Shown here: in pieces, positions 1 through 12,019 of the stretch | Layout: each line of letters starts with the position of its first letter | Position numbering within the stretch: position 1 is the stretch's first letter | NCBI GenBank assembly: GCA_951406725.2 | Contig: OX597825.1 | Span: 11,842,001-11,906,000 of the forward strand | DNA: 64,000 bases | Direction of reading: 5' to 3' | From: Octopus vulgaris | Lineage: Eukaryota | Program-made: the position numbers and the translations under genes | Notes under the pieces: generated by a model | Databases searched by the model: none | Told to the model about the DNA's origin: nothing | What the model saw: the letters and a program-made list of their open reading frames with translations, nothing else

Positions 1-540
1 AGGCAAATATACCTAGGAAATTTGTGACGAAATCTAAATACTTTCCATCATTTTGTCATCAGCAATAATTAAATTTTGCCATGTCTCAAGAATAAATCAG
101 TTAAACTTGGTTCTAATAATATTAGGAGAAAATATTACACAAAAGCGTTTGTTGCTTATAAATTTACCGCCTAATCTAATGAAAATTTCTTTACTTTTCT
201 TTTCTTTGTTTTCTATCACATTGTCGTTAATTTAAATAGATGTTTAATTACTGTTAAATATACAGGTTAAATATGATTTTCCTATGGCCCTATAAACTGT
301 ATGCATATATTAATACGAAAAATAGGATATAATTAATGAATTAATTTTGATTTCCATATGGAAGCCATCATCATAGTACTGGAGGGAAAATTATATAATT
401 TAATTGAATGCTTCTATGAAGGCATACATCGATAATTCTTTCATAAATTCCCATCCATGAATTAAATTTGGATATATATTACTTAAATATATAGATTTAA
501 TTTGCGAAAATATGTACGTCACAACCATATTAATTTATGG
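1..540 (-). mobile_element. Highly decayed Penelope-like reverse transcriptase remnant
   Basis: Minus strand reads Q-Y-Y-D-D-G-F near 380-357 (cf. PLE RT RYxDDGF). Further downstream TATAAGCAACAAACGCTTTT resembles Y-K-P-T-N-A-F with a 1-nt loss. Many stops and frameshifts; recognised by eye only. Confidence 0.3.
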
Positions 541-1633
541 TTAATTAAATTTAAATTTAAAAGAGAAATTTTCTGGTAAGTAGTATATAAATTAGTGTGT
601 GTATATATATATATCTGTGCATATAACACAGTTATACTTATACTTGTGTACCTGTGTGTGTTTGTATATTTGTAGATATGGAACCAAGTCATGTTGTATG
701 GTAAATAAGTTCAATTCAGTGCCGTGTATTTGCGGGTCCAATTTCAGTGCGGAGTAAGTGATTGATGCGTCTCTGGTGACTAAACAAGGCACACGATTGC
801 CCAAACGGTATGATATTGAGCAGAGGATCTTTCGTCATACTTGCGTAAATAAATATACGAAAAAGCGGACACACAGCGGTTTAGCTTTTCACCTGTAGCA
901 TTCGGTCGTAGATCAGCTGAAAATAAGGTAAGATTAGGGGAAGTAAATCAAATTTTGTTTTATCTTGAGATATATATATTACTGCTAATTAAAACAAAAT
1001 TAAAGAAGTGAAACTTTAAGCCAGCGAATTGTCAACTAGCTGCGAAATAGTTAACTATTGAGTATGGCGGTGAGAGTATTGGGATCGCCGCGATGCATTA
1101 AATCATTGATGAGAGGGCAGTTCTTAAAACAAATAAACAGAGTCGAATACGCAGTTACTGTTTTCATCATTGCCTTGCTGTCCAATACACAACGCATAAT
1201 TTGATTTTACAGGTAGATTCTATCACGTACTTGCATTCAATATTCAGTCATCACTTAGTTTCTCTATGAAGTGTGCGGCATTTAAAACGTGTTACTCAGT
1301 TATTCAATAAAGAAATATGTACCACATATAATAAAAAATAACTAGATAATACAATATAAAACATAAAAGGATAATATAATACAATAAAAACTAGCTGCTA
1401 CGTAATAGGAATAGTAAGTGACCAGACACGGTATTGTGGGCCGTTACTTGACCACCGTCTGTATATAGTACAATGCGCACCTTTATCAATTAAATTTTGT
1501 ACTGAGTTAAATAACAGTGACATTCGTCCTAACAAGAACTCCCACTTTATGTTGGCAAATGATCTTTACTCTCATTCTTTCTCTCTCTACAGATATATGC
1601 ATATATAATACAAGTATATATATATGTGTGTAA

Positions 1634-1990
1634 GTGGAGGCGCAATGGCCCAGTGGTTAGGGCAGCGGACTCGCGGTCATAGGATCGCGGTTTCGATTCC
1701 CAGACCGGGCGTTGTGAGTGTTTATTGAGCGAAAACACCTAAAAGCTCCACGAGGCTCCGGCAGGGGATGGTGGTGATCCCTGCTGTACTCTTTCACCAC
1801 AACTTTCTCTCACTCTTACTTCCTGTTTCTGTAGTACCTGTATTTCAAGGGGCCGGACATGTCACTCTCTGTTAAGTGTGCACGTGTCTGTGGAGTGTTC
1901 AGCCACTTACACGTTAATTTCACGAGCAGGCTGTTCCGTTGATTCGGATCAACCGGAACCCTCATCGTCATAACCGACGGAGTGCTTCCA
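1634..1990 (+). mobile_element. tRNA-derived SINE (family A), near full length
   Basis: A-box-like TGGCCCAGTGG and B-box-like GGTTTCGATTCCC. Nearly identical to 37644-38028 apart from an internal deletion of about 29 bp. Candidate TSD ATATGTGTGTA at 1622-1632 and 1992-2002. Confidence 0.9.
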
Positions 1991-2012
1991 AATATGTGTG
2001 TAGGCACACACA

Positions 2013-2083
<71 letters not shown>

Positions 2084-2089
2084 CATATT

Positions 2090-2139
<50 letters not shown>

Positions 2140-2227
2140 TTATTAGAGACAAAACCACTATTTTGCAAAACAAACAAGGAAAGACTTAATCAATACATAA
2201 AATTTTAATAAATAGTCAAAAAAACCG

Positions 2228-2270
2228 CCACTACAATCGTTTCTTGTCTTGATCGACAATCTTCAGGTGG
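2228..2270 (-). ncRNA. Minimal type-I hammerhead ribozyme (mirror copy in left arm of the palindrome)
   Basis: Exact reverse complement of 2321-2363. Confidence 0.85.
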
Positions 2271-2320
2271 ACTTCAATAAGTCAGTTTCAAATTATAATT
2301 TGAAACTGACTTATTGAAGT

Positions 2321-2363
2321 CCACCTGAAGATTGTCGATCAAGACAAGAAACGATTGTAGTGG
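2321..2363 (+). ncRNA. Minimal type-I hammerhead ribozyme (intact core)
   Basis: Helix I CCAC(2321-24)/GTGG(2360-63); core CTGAAGA(2325-31); helix II TTGTC/GACAA with loop GATCAA; GAAA(2348-51); short helix III AC-GATT-GT; cleavage triplet GUA(2357-59). Confidence 0.85.
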
Positions 2364-2535
2364 CGGTTTTTTTGACTATTTATTAAAATTTTATGTATTG
2401 ATTAAGTCTTTCCTTGTTTGTTTTGCAAAATAGTGGTTTTGTCTCTAATAATATTTTATAATATTTTACTATAAAATTGGATTTAATCTTAAATCTGATT
2501 TTTTCCCTGTAAATTTGGATTTATTCCCTAATATT

Positions 2536-2591
<56 letters not shown>

Positions 2592-2837
2592 TCATATGTG
2601 TATGCGTAAATACAAATATATAATATGTAATATAATAATTATATAATTTATCATCTGCTTTGATTTCCACAAATCGACTTTTATTATAAATTTGATGACA
2701 TTTGTTCTTGAGACTTCCTGCCAGTAAAGTTCTGTGGTTATTCTTCAAATCAAGAACAATAAACTTAAGCAAACAAACTACGCGCACGCACACACACGTA
2801 CACACGCATTACCACACACACACATACACACACGCGA

Positions 2838-2896
<59 letters not shown>

Positions 2897-3902
2897 CATA
2901 TATATATACGTATATATATATATATATACATATAAATATATATATACATATATATACATACATACATATATATATCTGTGTGTGTGTGTTCGTATAAATG
3001 TATATATACATATGCATATGCGATCATATGATATACACATGTGAGGGATAGAGAGAGAGTGTGTGAGTCTGTGTGTATGTGGGTTTATTCAAATTTGAAA
3101 ACTATGAATGTGTTCTATTATAATTGAAAAATACTTTCGTTTGCAGACTCATAAATCAAGAGACTAACTCTTTGTTGTCAAGACATATATATATGTATTA
3201 TGAGAAATTGTTTTAAAATCTGTTTATCATTTACATTACTGCTTAATTGTTTGAAATCTGCGCAACATCTCAATTTTCGACTTACGTACGATATGAAAAT
3301 GCACAAGCAAATAGACAATTCTGTGATTTAGAATATGGTAGGTCTTGGCAAACCTTTACCAATATCACAGTCAATTGAATTCTGTGACTAAATCGTTAGA
3401 AATTGTTACGCAGCAATATTTTAATTCATGATAAACAATTGAATAATAAATATGTAATTTAAAATCTATAAGATATCTTGTAGCTTACGGAAAAGACGGT
3501 AACAATGCCTGATGGGATCCAGGAATAAATGTAAAATTATTAACTTTTCTTCCCTTTTTAATTAATTTTAAATTTCGCAAAATAACAGTTTAAAGGGTTT
3601 ATATTCCAGACATACGGGCGCGTGCGTATGTGTTTATGTGAGTGTGCTTGTGAATATACATGTACAAAAGTGTGTATTGTTTTGTAAAACTAATTAAAAC
3701 TAATATTTAGTAACATTTATTTACGAGGTAAGTTTTGAATAATCCATGAGCGTTTTTATTTTTCATATTTAAAAATGCCCGCAGAAATACAACGCATTGG
3801 CAAAGGGTTTTATGTTATTTAAAAGAGAATGTCTTGCTCTACGAGATAGCGTCTGCTGATTTTTTTATTTTATTGATGTTTCTGTATTTGCAGATCATTA
3901 AA

Positions 3903-4440
3903 ATGGAATGCCAAGTGGACAAAATTAGGCATTTTTGACATCACTCGCTTTTTGTATTTATTCGACGGGTTAAGGCCGCCGAAGGGGATTTGTATGAAGT
4001 AGGAGCAACGCCTCAAATTACAGCCCGCCGAATCAACTTCTTCACGAAAACCACAGTCAAACGACCAGAGTATTGGCAGAGGTGATGGACTGTGATAAAA
4101 AAACTGTGCTGAAACACCTTCAATCAATAGGCAATGTCCAGAAACTCGACGATTGGGTGCCACACATTTTGAGCGAAAACAACATAAATCAACGCTCCAC
4201 AATGTGATCAAAGCCGCGATTTAAGAACTTGAATGGGAAGTGCTGCCTTATCCTCCATACACTTCAGACTTGGCACGGTCGGATTTTGCTCTCTTTTGGC
4301 CGCTTTCGAACGATTTACGTGATATATCATTCAATAAGGACACGGAATTGAGGGCTTGGTTGGACGAATTCTTTGAGTCATACCGGGAAATTTCTATCTG
4401 GAAGTGTATGGGAACTTGAAAGGTAAATATCAAAGTTTTG
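3903..4440 (+). mobile_element. Internally deleted, decayed mariner (Tc1/mariner) transposase
   Basis: N-terminus MECQVDKIRHF from 3903; HTH-like VLAEVMDCDKKTVLKHLQSIG; WVPHILS at 4154 (WVPHEL motif); WEVLPYPPYTSDLARSDFALF around 4234-4296 (YSPDLAPSD motif). Most of the catalytic domain between the two motifs is missing. Confidence 0.85.
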
Positions 4441-5144
4441 TTGGTAATCTCACTTAACTGTGTTAGGTTAAGCCGTTAACTAAATGTTTAGGGAGACACC
4501 CACGATAAGGACAAATAAGACCCCAGCTTGAGTTGTCGGATAACCCGGCATTTATAAACCAAAACTTTTGGGGGAAATCCAAATATTTCATAATTGATTT
4601 TGTATTGGATTTCAAAGCTCAATTAATGCAACATTCTCTTCGTGCTTCATTTCTTCGTGTTGTAAAACTACCTCTGATTTTCAGTTATTTAGTAATTGTG
4701 CTGCTTGGGAGAAAAGGCGTTTCTTTAAAAGTATTATCTCTACTACAATATCTTTGAATGAGAAGATGAAGCTGTTCTCGTTAGGTATGTAACTGGAAAT
4801 TTTCTGCCCCGCTTCCCATTTGCTTTTGAAATAACTCACATTCTGGAGAGTACAATGACAATATGGGATTTCCATTGAGGCGTGGTTGCTAAATCTCTAT
4901 GTCAGTATGCCTACCAGTGCAAATACATCAACGTAGTATTCGCATTTCAAATTACCTCCATGGAATCAGAAATCGATCTGAACTTCCGCTTGAGGTACGC
5001 TTGGACTCGATTTCAAATTAGCCGCATACTGTCTACATTATTCTCTTTCAGATTTTGGTAAAATATTAGAGTCTAACGATTAAAACTCGCGATAAATTTG
5101 TAACATCATCATCCAACGTGTAACAGTAAAGATTATAAGATAAT

Positions 5145-5435
5145 ATTAATTTCAAATTTTGGCCCAAGGCCACACATTTCAGGGGAATAGATAAGTCGCC
5201 CCCAATGTTCAACATGTACTTATTTTATCGACCACGAAAAGATGAAAAGCAAAGTCTAACTCGGTGGATTGTAGGACAATATTATAATGCGAAAATAAAG
5301 AGTCATGTCGTCCGTCTTTACTGTCTGAGTTTAAATTCTACTGAGGTTGGGTTTGCCATTCATTCATTTCGGGGATATAATTGACTTACCACTCCTATGA
5401 GAGTGCTGGCCTTGTGCCAAAATTTGAAACCAATA
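5145..5435. mobile_element. Two decayed Nin-core SINE fragments in opposite orientation
   Basis: GTACTTATTTTATCGACCACGAAAAGATGAAAAGCAAAGTC (minus strand) is followed by CTGAGTTTAAATTCTACTGAGGTT...GGCCTTGTGCCAAAATTTGAAACC (plus strand); both resemble the 14504 family. Confidence 0.6.
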
Positions 5436-5994
5436 TTATGATCTGGAACTGAAAATATTTGATTTTAAAACATCCCTTATCGTTCTTTTATAATGCCTTT
5501 AATAACACTTTGAACATCAGAGGGTACGAGGCACAAAATTATCAAATGAAAACGTTTGTTTTTTTTTTGTTTATTTGAAACTTATTTGGATTAAATGATT
5601 TACTGCTGTAGTAACGTTTCCCTCGTTAATATTTTTCGTTTGTACTCGTCGTATGTAAATATATATTTTGTTGGAAATTGAAAGCATAAGTTTGTTTTAC
5701 ATCCTGATAATTTACAAATGATATTTTAGTTCGGATTTTATTAAAGATCAAATATAATTACAAATATATTTAAACATTTGAAGCGCGATCGAAATGTATT
5801 TTATACTAAACAAAATATTTTAATATACATTAAATTCAAACGAAATATATATACTATTCCCCTTAAAAGTGACTTCCAAGTAAGTGAAACCTCCGTTTCT
5901 CGGGAATTTACTCACGTGTACCTTAATGCATACACACAGAGAAAACAACTAAATATACATTAATCATTCTTCTTGGTAGTTATTATAGTAATAA

Positions 5995-6308
5995 GGTGCA
6001 GCATATTGCTTAGTTGTTAGAGCATCGGGATCTCAATCATGACGTAGTGAGTTCGATTCCCGGACCGGGCTGTGTGTTGTGTAATTCAGCTAGGCTCTTT
6101 TTCACATTGCTCCAGGACACTCAGTTGTAGAAATGAGTTGTGACTTCACTGGTGTCAAGCTGTATCTGCCTTTGCCTTCCCCTTGGATAACATCGGTGAC
6201 GTGGAGAGAGGACGCCGGCATGCATGGGCGACTGCTGGTCTTTCATAAAATTACCCTCGGAGACGAACTTTCTTGGTGCAAAGCCATGGTCATTCATGGG
6301 ATGAAACC
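5995..6308 (+). mobile_element. Diverged tRNA-derived SINE
   Basis: tRNA-like head with B box GAGTTCGATTCC; body similar to the 28912 copy up to AAATGAGTTG, then a different 3' part. Confidence 0.7.
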
Positions 6309-6359
6309 AAATAGCGGTTCTTAATGTTAGACGAAATACGTGCATTCATATACATATAT

Positions 6360-6532
6360 ATACCTACCTTCCTTCCTTCCTACCTACCTACCTACCTACC
6401 TACCTACCTACCTACCTACCTACCTACCTACCTACCTACCTACCTACCTACCTACCCATCTACATGCTTACCTACCCACCTACCTACCTACCTACCAACC
6501 TACCTACCTACCTACATACATACATACATACA

Positions 6533-6613
<81 letters not shown>

Positions 6614-6638
6614 TTATTTATTTATTTATTTATTTATT
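6360..6638. repeat. Compound microsatellite (CTAC)n-(CATA)n-(TA)n-(TTTA)n
   Basis: Directly visible. Confidence 0.95.
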
Positions 6639-6639
6639 C

Positions 6640-6838
6640 GTCATGATTGATCGCTAGCGACTAAACATTTAAAATATTTTCTCTCTCTCTCTGCTTATTT
6701 CTGTATTCCTTTCCGTTGAAGAGCGTAGGCTCAAAACGTAAAAGACTTTCCCACTTCCCGAGCGTTTAACTAATACAATATGTTTGTTGTTTACACACCC
6801 GTCTTCGTCTTCTGTTTTTTTTTTGTAAATTCCAATTA
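6640..6838 (+). mobile_element. Short Penelope pLTR-like repeat with degenerate hammerhead (6709-6744)
   Basis: CTTT-CCGTTGA-A-GAGC-GTAG-GCTC-AAAAC-GTA-AAAG: helices I and II intact, core mutated. Flanked by microsatellites. Confidence 0.55.
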
Positions 6839-7419
6839 CACACTCACACACACACACATACACACACACACATACACACACACACACACATACACACACA
6901 CACACACAGAGAAATATATATAATATATGAAGTGAAAACTTATTGAGGCATCTGAGATTGTTCATACTTAATTATACTCAATATTCCACTGATTGCTGTG
7001 AAATTATATTGTGCAGCAAAAATCCATTGATTGGCTGTAATTCATTTTCACTGATGTGAATACATACGCTTTCGAATTCCGTGTTTATGTTACAATCTAT
7101 TTAAGGAGCAACTAGTGAAACACAGTGCTTTGGCAATCGCAAAATAATTATGTACACCATTGTTATCTCGTTTTTATCATCCCATTCACTCGTTGTATTT
7201 ATTGCAAATACAACACAAATAAACAATACATTCCGCACAAAATAATTAACGCATGACTTCATTCAATTTTGTAGCAGCATTATAGAACATTTAATTAAAA
7301 TTGTTAGATTTGCAAGGCTTTCGCGAAATTTGTTTTAAATAATATACAATGCAATTTGGTTTATGTTTCTCTGTATATTACTAACATGTTAGATGCACAA
7401 TTAGATTTTTAAAACATCA

Positions 7420-7835
7420 AACAAAGGCTTGTACTGCGGTACATTTCTGTTACATATATTTCCGCAATTCTTTTGTATTCATAATCGTGGGCTTTATAAT
7501 GCAGATAGATTATTATATTAAAATCATAAACATTATTATATGCAAAAATTATGGGAAACGTAAACTCTATAAAACGTTAATTTCAAGGTAAAAATATCTG
7601 TAGAGCAATCATAAATTTAAATAACAAACATAAATGTGCAGAATATATAGCATAAACGAACATGCATAAATAACTATAAGCAGATATCTATGATCCTCAT
7701 CTATATTAGAATATCAACAAATGGAATTCATTTCCTTTTTATGAAGATTAAAAGTGCGAACAGAATCAAATGATAATTATCAAAGAGACCTGTTGCAACA
7801 GGACAATAACTCGTTTATCAATGTACTCTGATGAG
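7420..7835 (+). mobile_element. Possible very decayed Penelope GIY-YIG 3' end
   Basis: CGT-F, NIIICKNYG and FISFYE-like fragments in the expected order, followed by CTGATGAG at about 7828. Weak similarity, by eye. Confidence 0.2.
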
Positions 7836-7841
7836 TGTGTG

Positions 7842-7873
<32 letters not shown>

Positions 7874-8000
7874 TATATATATATGTGTGTATATATATAT
7901 ATAAATATAGATATAATATAAATAAATAAATGTTTATATATACATATTTCAAATGTATATAAGAAATATATATATATATATATTTATATACACATATATT

Positions 8001-8037
<37 letters not shown>

Positions 8038-8109
8038 GTATATATATTTACATATTTATATGTATGTAGGTATATATATATAAGTATATATATGTTTATA
8101 TATACGTCT

Positions 8110-8155
<46 letters not shown>

Positions 8156-8162
8156 GTATTTA

Positions 8163-8297
8163 AGAGATGAGGAATTATGTAGATTAGGTATACTTTTTAC
8201 CCGCCTGATATACCCTCCAGCCTTCATCGGCTGTCGTGGTGAAATTTGGAACCCGGATTCTTATTCCTAAGGTATATTTCGATGTTGTTGTTGCTGT

Positions 8298-8328
<31 letters not shown>

Positions 8329-8446
8329 ATTATTATTATTATTATTATTATCATTATTATTCAGGTCACTGCCTGGAATCGAACTCGGAATCTAGGAGTT
8401 TGTAGCCTGCGCTCTTAACCACTATACCATATGCCCATGGCATATT
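8163..8446 (-). mobile_element. tRNA-headed non-autonomous element with (AAT/AAC)n linker and hammerhead-like remnant at its 3' end
   Basis: Minus strand: A box TGGTATAGTGG and B box GAGTTCGATTCC (within 8435-8363), then a microsatellite, then CCGATGA-A-GGCTG-10 nt-CAGGC (8230-8203); the GAAAC half of the core is missing. 18-bp palindrome ATATGCCCATGGGCATAT at 8429-8446. Confidence 0.6.
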
Positions 8447-9349
8447 TTGGAGTATGTATGGAATGTGCACATACATATGTGTGTGTGTGTGTGCAGGCGC
8501 AGGTGTGGATGTGTATGAATCCAGTTCAGTGCCATTGCGTGAAACCTTGGGCAAGAAGCTTCTACTGTAACCTCGGGTAACCATAGTGTTGCGAGTGACT
8601 GTACATATAAAAATAAGTAGCAGAACGATAGATAGGTTCGTGAAATAACATCCACTTCTCTTCAACTAGGATAACTATTTGCCAGACACTTCTTAAACCA
8701 TCTCAACATCACTACGAAGGACGTTCTACCGTTATCTCAACGCAGATTATCTGGATGTCATTTTGCAATCAACGTCTTTGCAAAACAAGAGTAACCAAAA
8801 ATCAGAGAACAACCACTATTCCGATTTTATTTTTGCTTTTCTTTCTGGAAAATATTGTAAGAATAAAGCTGTAATAGAAAAAATTAAATTTTTGATTTAT
8901 GTATTTCTTACCATCACAACATTATTATACGTTTGCAAACATGTGCTCTTTACTGTGAAGGCATTAAAACCTGCGGTGTTTTCATGGGCGACATTGAGCA
9001 AATAGTAAATATAGAAAAGAGATTCTTTTATAGATATTATGTAATTAGATGAAAGTCTAGTTTATATCGCATTTTATAGCTAAATTTTTCAGTCGCGCTA
9101 CATCTATTTAACGAATCTTTGCAATAGTTTTGATATCGTGACATTTATAAAATAAAAGACAAAACAACTAAAACAAAAAATTACAACGTTTACAGCAACG
9201 TCATTCGTAAAAAAATATTGCATATACTGAAATTGTACTACTTAAGCAGGTGATCTACTCTGCAATTCATATCATATAATATAGGGCGATTTAAGTCAAA
9301 ATAGAATGATTCATAGAGAGTTTTTGGCTCTCACTATATAAAACTTTTC

Positions 9350-9770
9350 TCATGGCATCAACAGCCAAACTAGAAAGGGTATAGCCCCAGAGGATAGCGA
9401 AGGTGATGCGCTGGAACAGCCTCTCTGAATCACGGTGAGCAGGGATATGGTCCAAGGGCCAAGAAGACAGGATGTCGCAACTGCCACAGGCTCAACTATA
9501 AACCTGTCAGAGCGCGACAATGATATGCTTTTCTGAGTCTGACGAGCAGCGAAATTTGAGCTGATAACTGCCAATACAAAGATGCTGCTGAGGAAGGTGT
9601 CACAGATGAGGAGCCTACCGCCATGGAATGGAAAAATTGTCATACTGTCCGGACTTTTACCGTCCCCTCGATCTAGCAGCTCTGGGTCTATCATGCAGAG
9701 AAGCCTGTGGCTTGTAAACCATGCTTTATGATCTTGTTAAAATGGGTCTGCAGCGGAATTCATGAGGGTC
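9350..9770 (-). mobile_element. Decayed restriction-like endonuclease domain of an R2-group (CRE/Hero/NeSL-type) non-LTR retrotransposon
   Basis: NKIIKHGLQATGFSAMIDPELLDRGDGKSPDSMTIFPFHGGRLLICD ... FIVEPVAVATSCLLG resembles the REL pattern EPxGLxRxDGKRPDGxTxxPWxxGxxLxWD ... FxPxAxETxG. Confidence 0.7.
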
Positions 9771-9899
9771 ACAGTTCTGGAAACCAAGCCTCATGAAAAA
9801 GCCATGCACAAGCAGTCGCTATCAATCTGAGAGACGGTTGCGAGTGATGGCAGCGCATTGAGCCAAGCTCAGCTAAGAATCTTGAAGGCTGAGTTGAAA

Positions 9900-10510
9900 T
9901 TTGCCGGAACGTACTGTCCCATTCCTGCCCTTCAGCATCCTCTAAGCTGACGTCGTGCCTCTGGAGATTTTCCTTAATCGCGCCCATCCATCTGGGGCGT
10001 GGCCTGCCATAAGGTCTCTTCCAGTCTGCTGCTTGTTTAACGAATGAAAGCAAAATCCTGGTAGGATAACCTGGCGGGAGGTGGAAGACACGTTCGTACC
10101 AGCGCATGGTGCGTATAGCAATGAGTTTGGAGAGTGCTGGCTGATCTATGTTTGCACACAGTTCTTCGCTGGAAATGTGATTACTCACTGGTTCTCAGGG
10201 ATCTGCTATCGAAGCCATCGATCCTCTTTGCCAAGGTCTTCGAGGGGTGGGGCTAGATTAATGCTCCATAGAGAAGAACCTTGTAGATGCAGAACTTTGT
10301 CTTCTGGGAGATAGAGCCTGGCGCCAAAAGGGCTTCTATATGGAGTACATGACCCCGGCAGCGAGGCCATATCTGCGGTTGATCTCCTGAATCAGGTCCC
10401 CAGTGATGGAGCCCACGCGATAAAAGGGCTGAAAAACTCCCCGACTTTGGGGTCAATTCAGAGTGGTGAACGGTTCGGGCCATAGCTGACGAGCATAAGT
10501 TTTGCCTTCG
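9900..10510 (-). mobile_element. Decayed RTE-clade LINE, 3' part of ORF
   Basis: ISQKTKFCIYKVLLYGA (10253-10531 ORF) and MRWYERVFHLPPGYPTRILL...WKRPYGRPRPRWMGAIKENL (9769-10188 ORF) match the RTE C-terminal motifs TKxRIY...LLYG and RLRWxGHV...RPRGRPxxRW. Confidence 0.75.
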
Positions 10511-11179
10511 CTCAACTAAATTAAGACTCAATATTTGCTAATTCATTTTCGGTACTGCCACAATGATTAATAATGAAAAGACTAATAAGGCAAAGGACGT
10601 ATCTTGTTCCACTTACATGCATGTTGCGAAGGCTAATTCGAAGTAACCAATGTTTTCTGAATCGAGTACACTATATTATTGATAATCTACTGTTTGCATT
10701 TGGGGAATATATTATTTTAGCCTCTGTGAAACGTTATCAATATTTGCTTATATATATTTGGGGTTCTGACTTTCGGAATCTCCATTGAGATTTGAGGAAA
10801 AGCTGAAATTAGATATTAAAAATCGATTTAACTAGATCCCAATATCTAATTCTTTCAGAATCAGTAGAAATGCATTGTGATCACCTGGAATCTATTGACG
10901 AACAAATAAAAGAATTCTATTCTTAATCACCATCGTAAAGGTAGAAGTTTCTCTTCTATACTTTGACTAAGGTCGCATTGTGTATTCTCAAACTATATGA
11001 CTATCAAGTTACTGTATAGAATGTAACAAATTCTATATGTACATAGAACTTAACTGATATATATATATAAATTTACTTGGGGACTACAGCTTCAAGCGAA
11101 AAGGAGTTGTCAATCAAGAAAATTGAAAGAGACGAAGATAAAAATGGCAGAATTTTTATTACACTTAACTTTCAAAACT

Positions 11180-11227
11180 ATATTTGATAAGGTTCGTTTT
11201 TTTAAGAAGAACCGAAACATGTAAAAT
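11180..11227 (+). ncRNA. Degenerate hammerhead motif with U3/A8 core variant
   Basis: TTGATAA(11184-90); helix II GGTTC(11191-95)/GAACC(11209-13); GAAAC-AT-GTA(11214-23) with palindromic ACATGT helix III; weak helix I. Confidence 0.5.
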
Positions 11228-11318
11228 TTCTAAGAAAATTAAAATTTATCTTATATAGTGGCGTTTTCAAACTTCTTTGTTATAAATATATACCCACTCG
11301 TACACCACCTACACTTAT

Positions 11319-11467
<149 letters not shown>

Positions 11468-11940
11468 ATAATTCGTGATTGATTCTTCCTAGTTTCCGAG
11501 TATTTCTGTTGTCGCTGAAAAGATGCCCGTGGCATTGTTTTGATCAGAGTGGAGCCCGACCTTCCAGACACGACATACCCAGCGTGGAATCAGGACACCA
11601 TTCGCAAAGATATCTGAAATATGACTTTCAGGAAGAGGAGACGAAACCTCTCAGCCCAGGTTTTCCTTGAGCCGCTTCTTCTTCACCAGTCGATCTACCA
11701 TTACAGTCTTAGAAATCTTTCTGTAAAGAACTACAATTAGGTGATTCTGCACACGTTTTCTATATATGCATAACTCTGTCTATCCCATCATGCAATGAAA
11801 CTTGTTTAACATGGAATTTCAAATATGTAATTTTTTTCCCCAGTCATCTGTTCTCAAATATAATAACTCTGCAAATTGAATTCAAGAAAAAAATTCAATC
11901 GATATATATAAATATACATATAAGTGTATGTATATATATA

Positions 11941-12019
<79 letters not shown>

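Larger units (their letters stand above)
2134..2457. repeat. Perfect 324-bp spacerless palindrome (162-bp arms); probable inverted Penelope pseudo-LTR
   Basis: Centre between 2295 and 2296 (GTCAGTTTCAAATTA|TAATTTGAAACTGAC). Position x pairs with 4591-x out to 2134/2457. Flanked by (TA)n, and the right arm continues as unique sequence to about 2540. Confidence 0.95.

Noticed and set aside
1634-1710. tRNA gene-like sequence (also at 37644, 28912, 8363 and 58000)
   Set aside because: A and B boxes are present, but each continues into a multi-copy SINE body; these are SINE heads, not tRNA genes.
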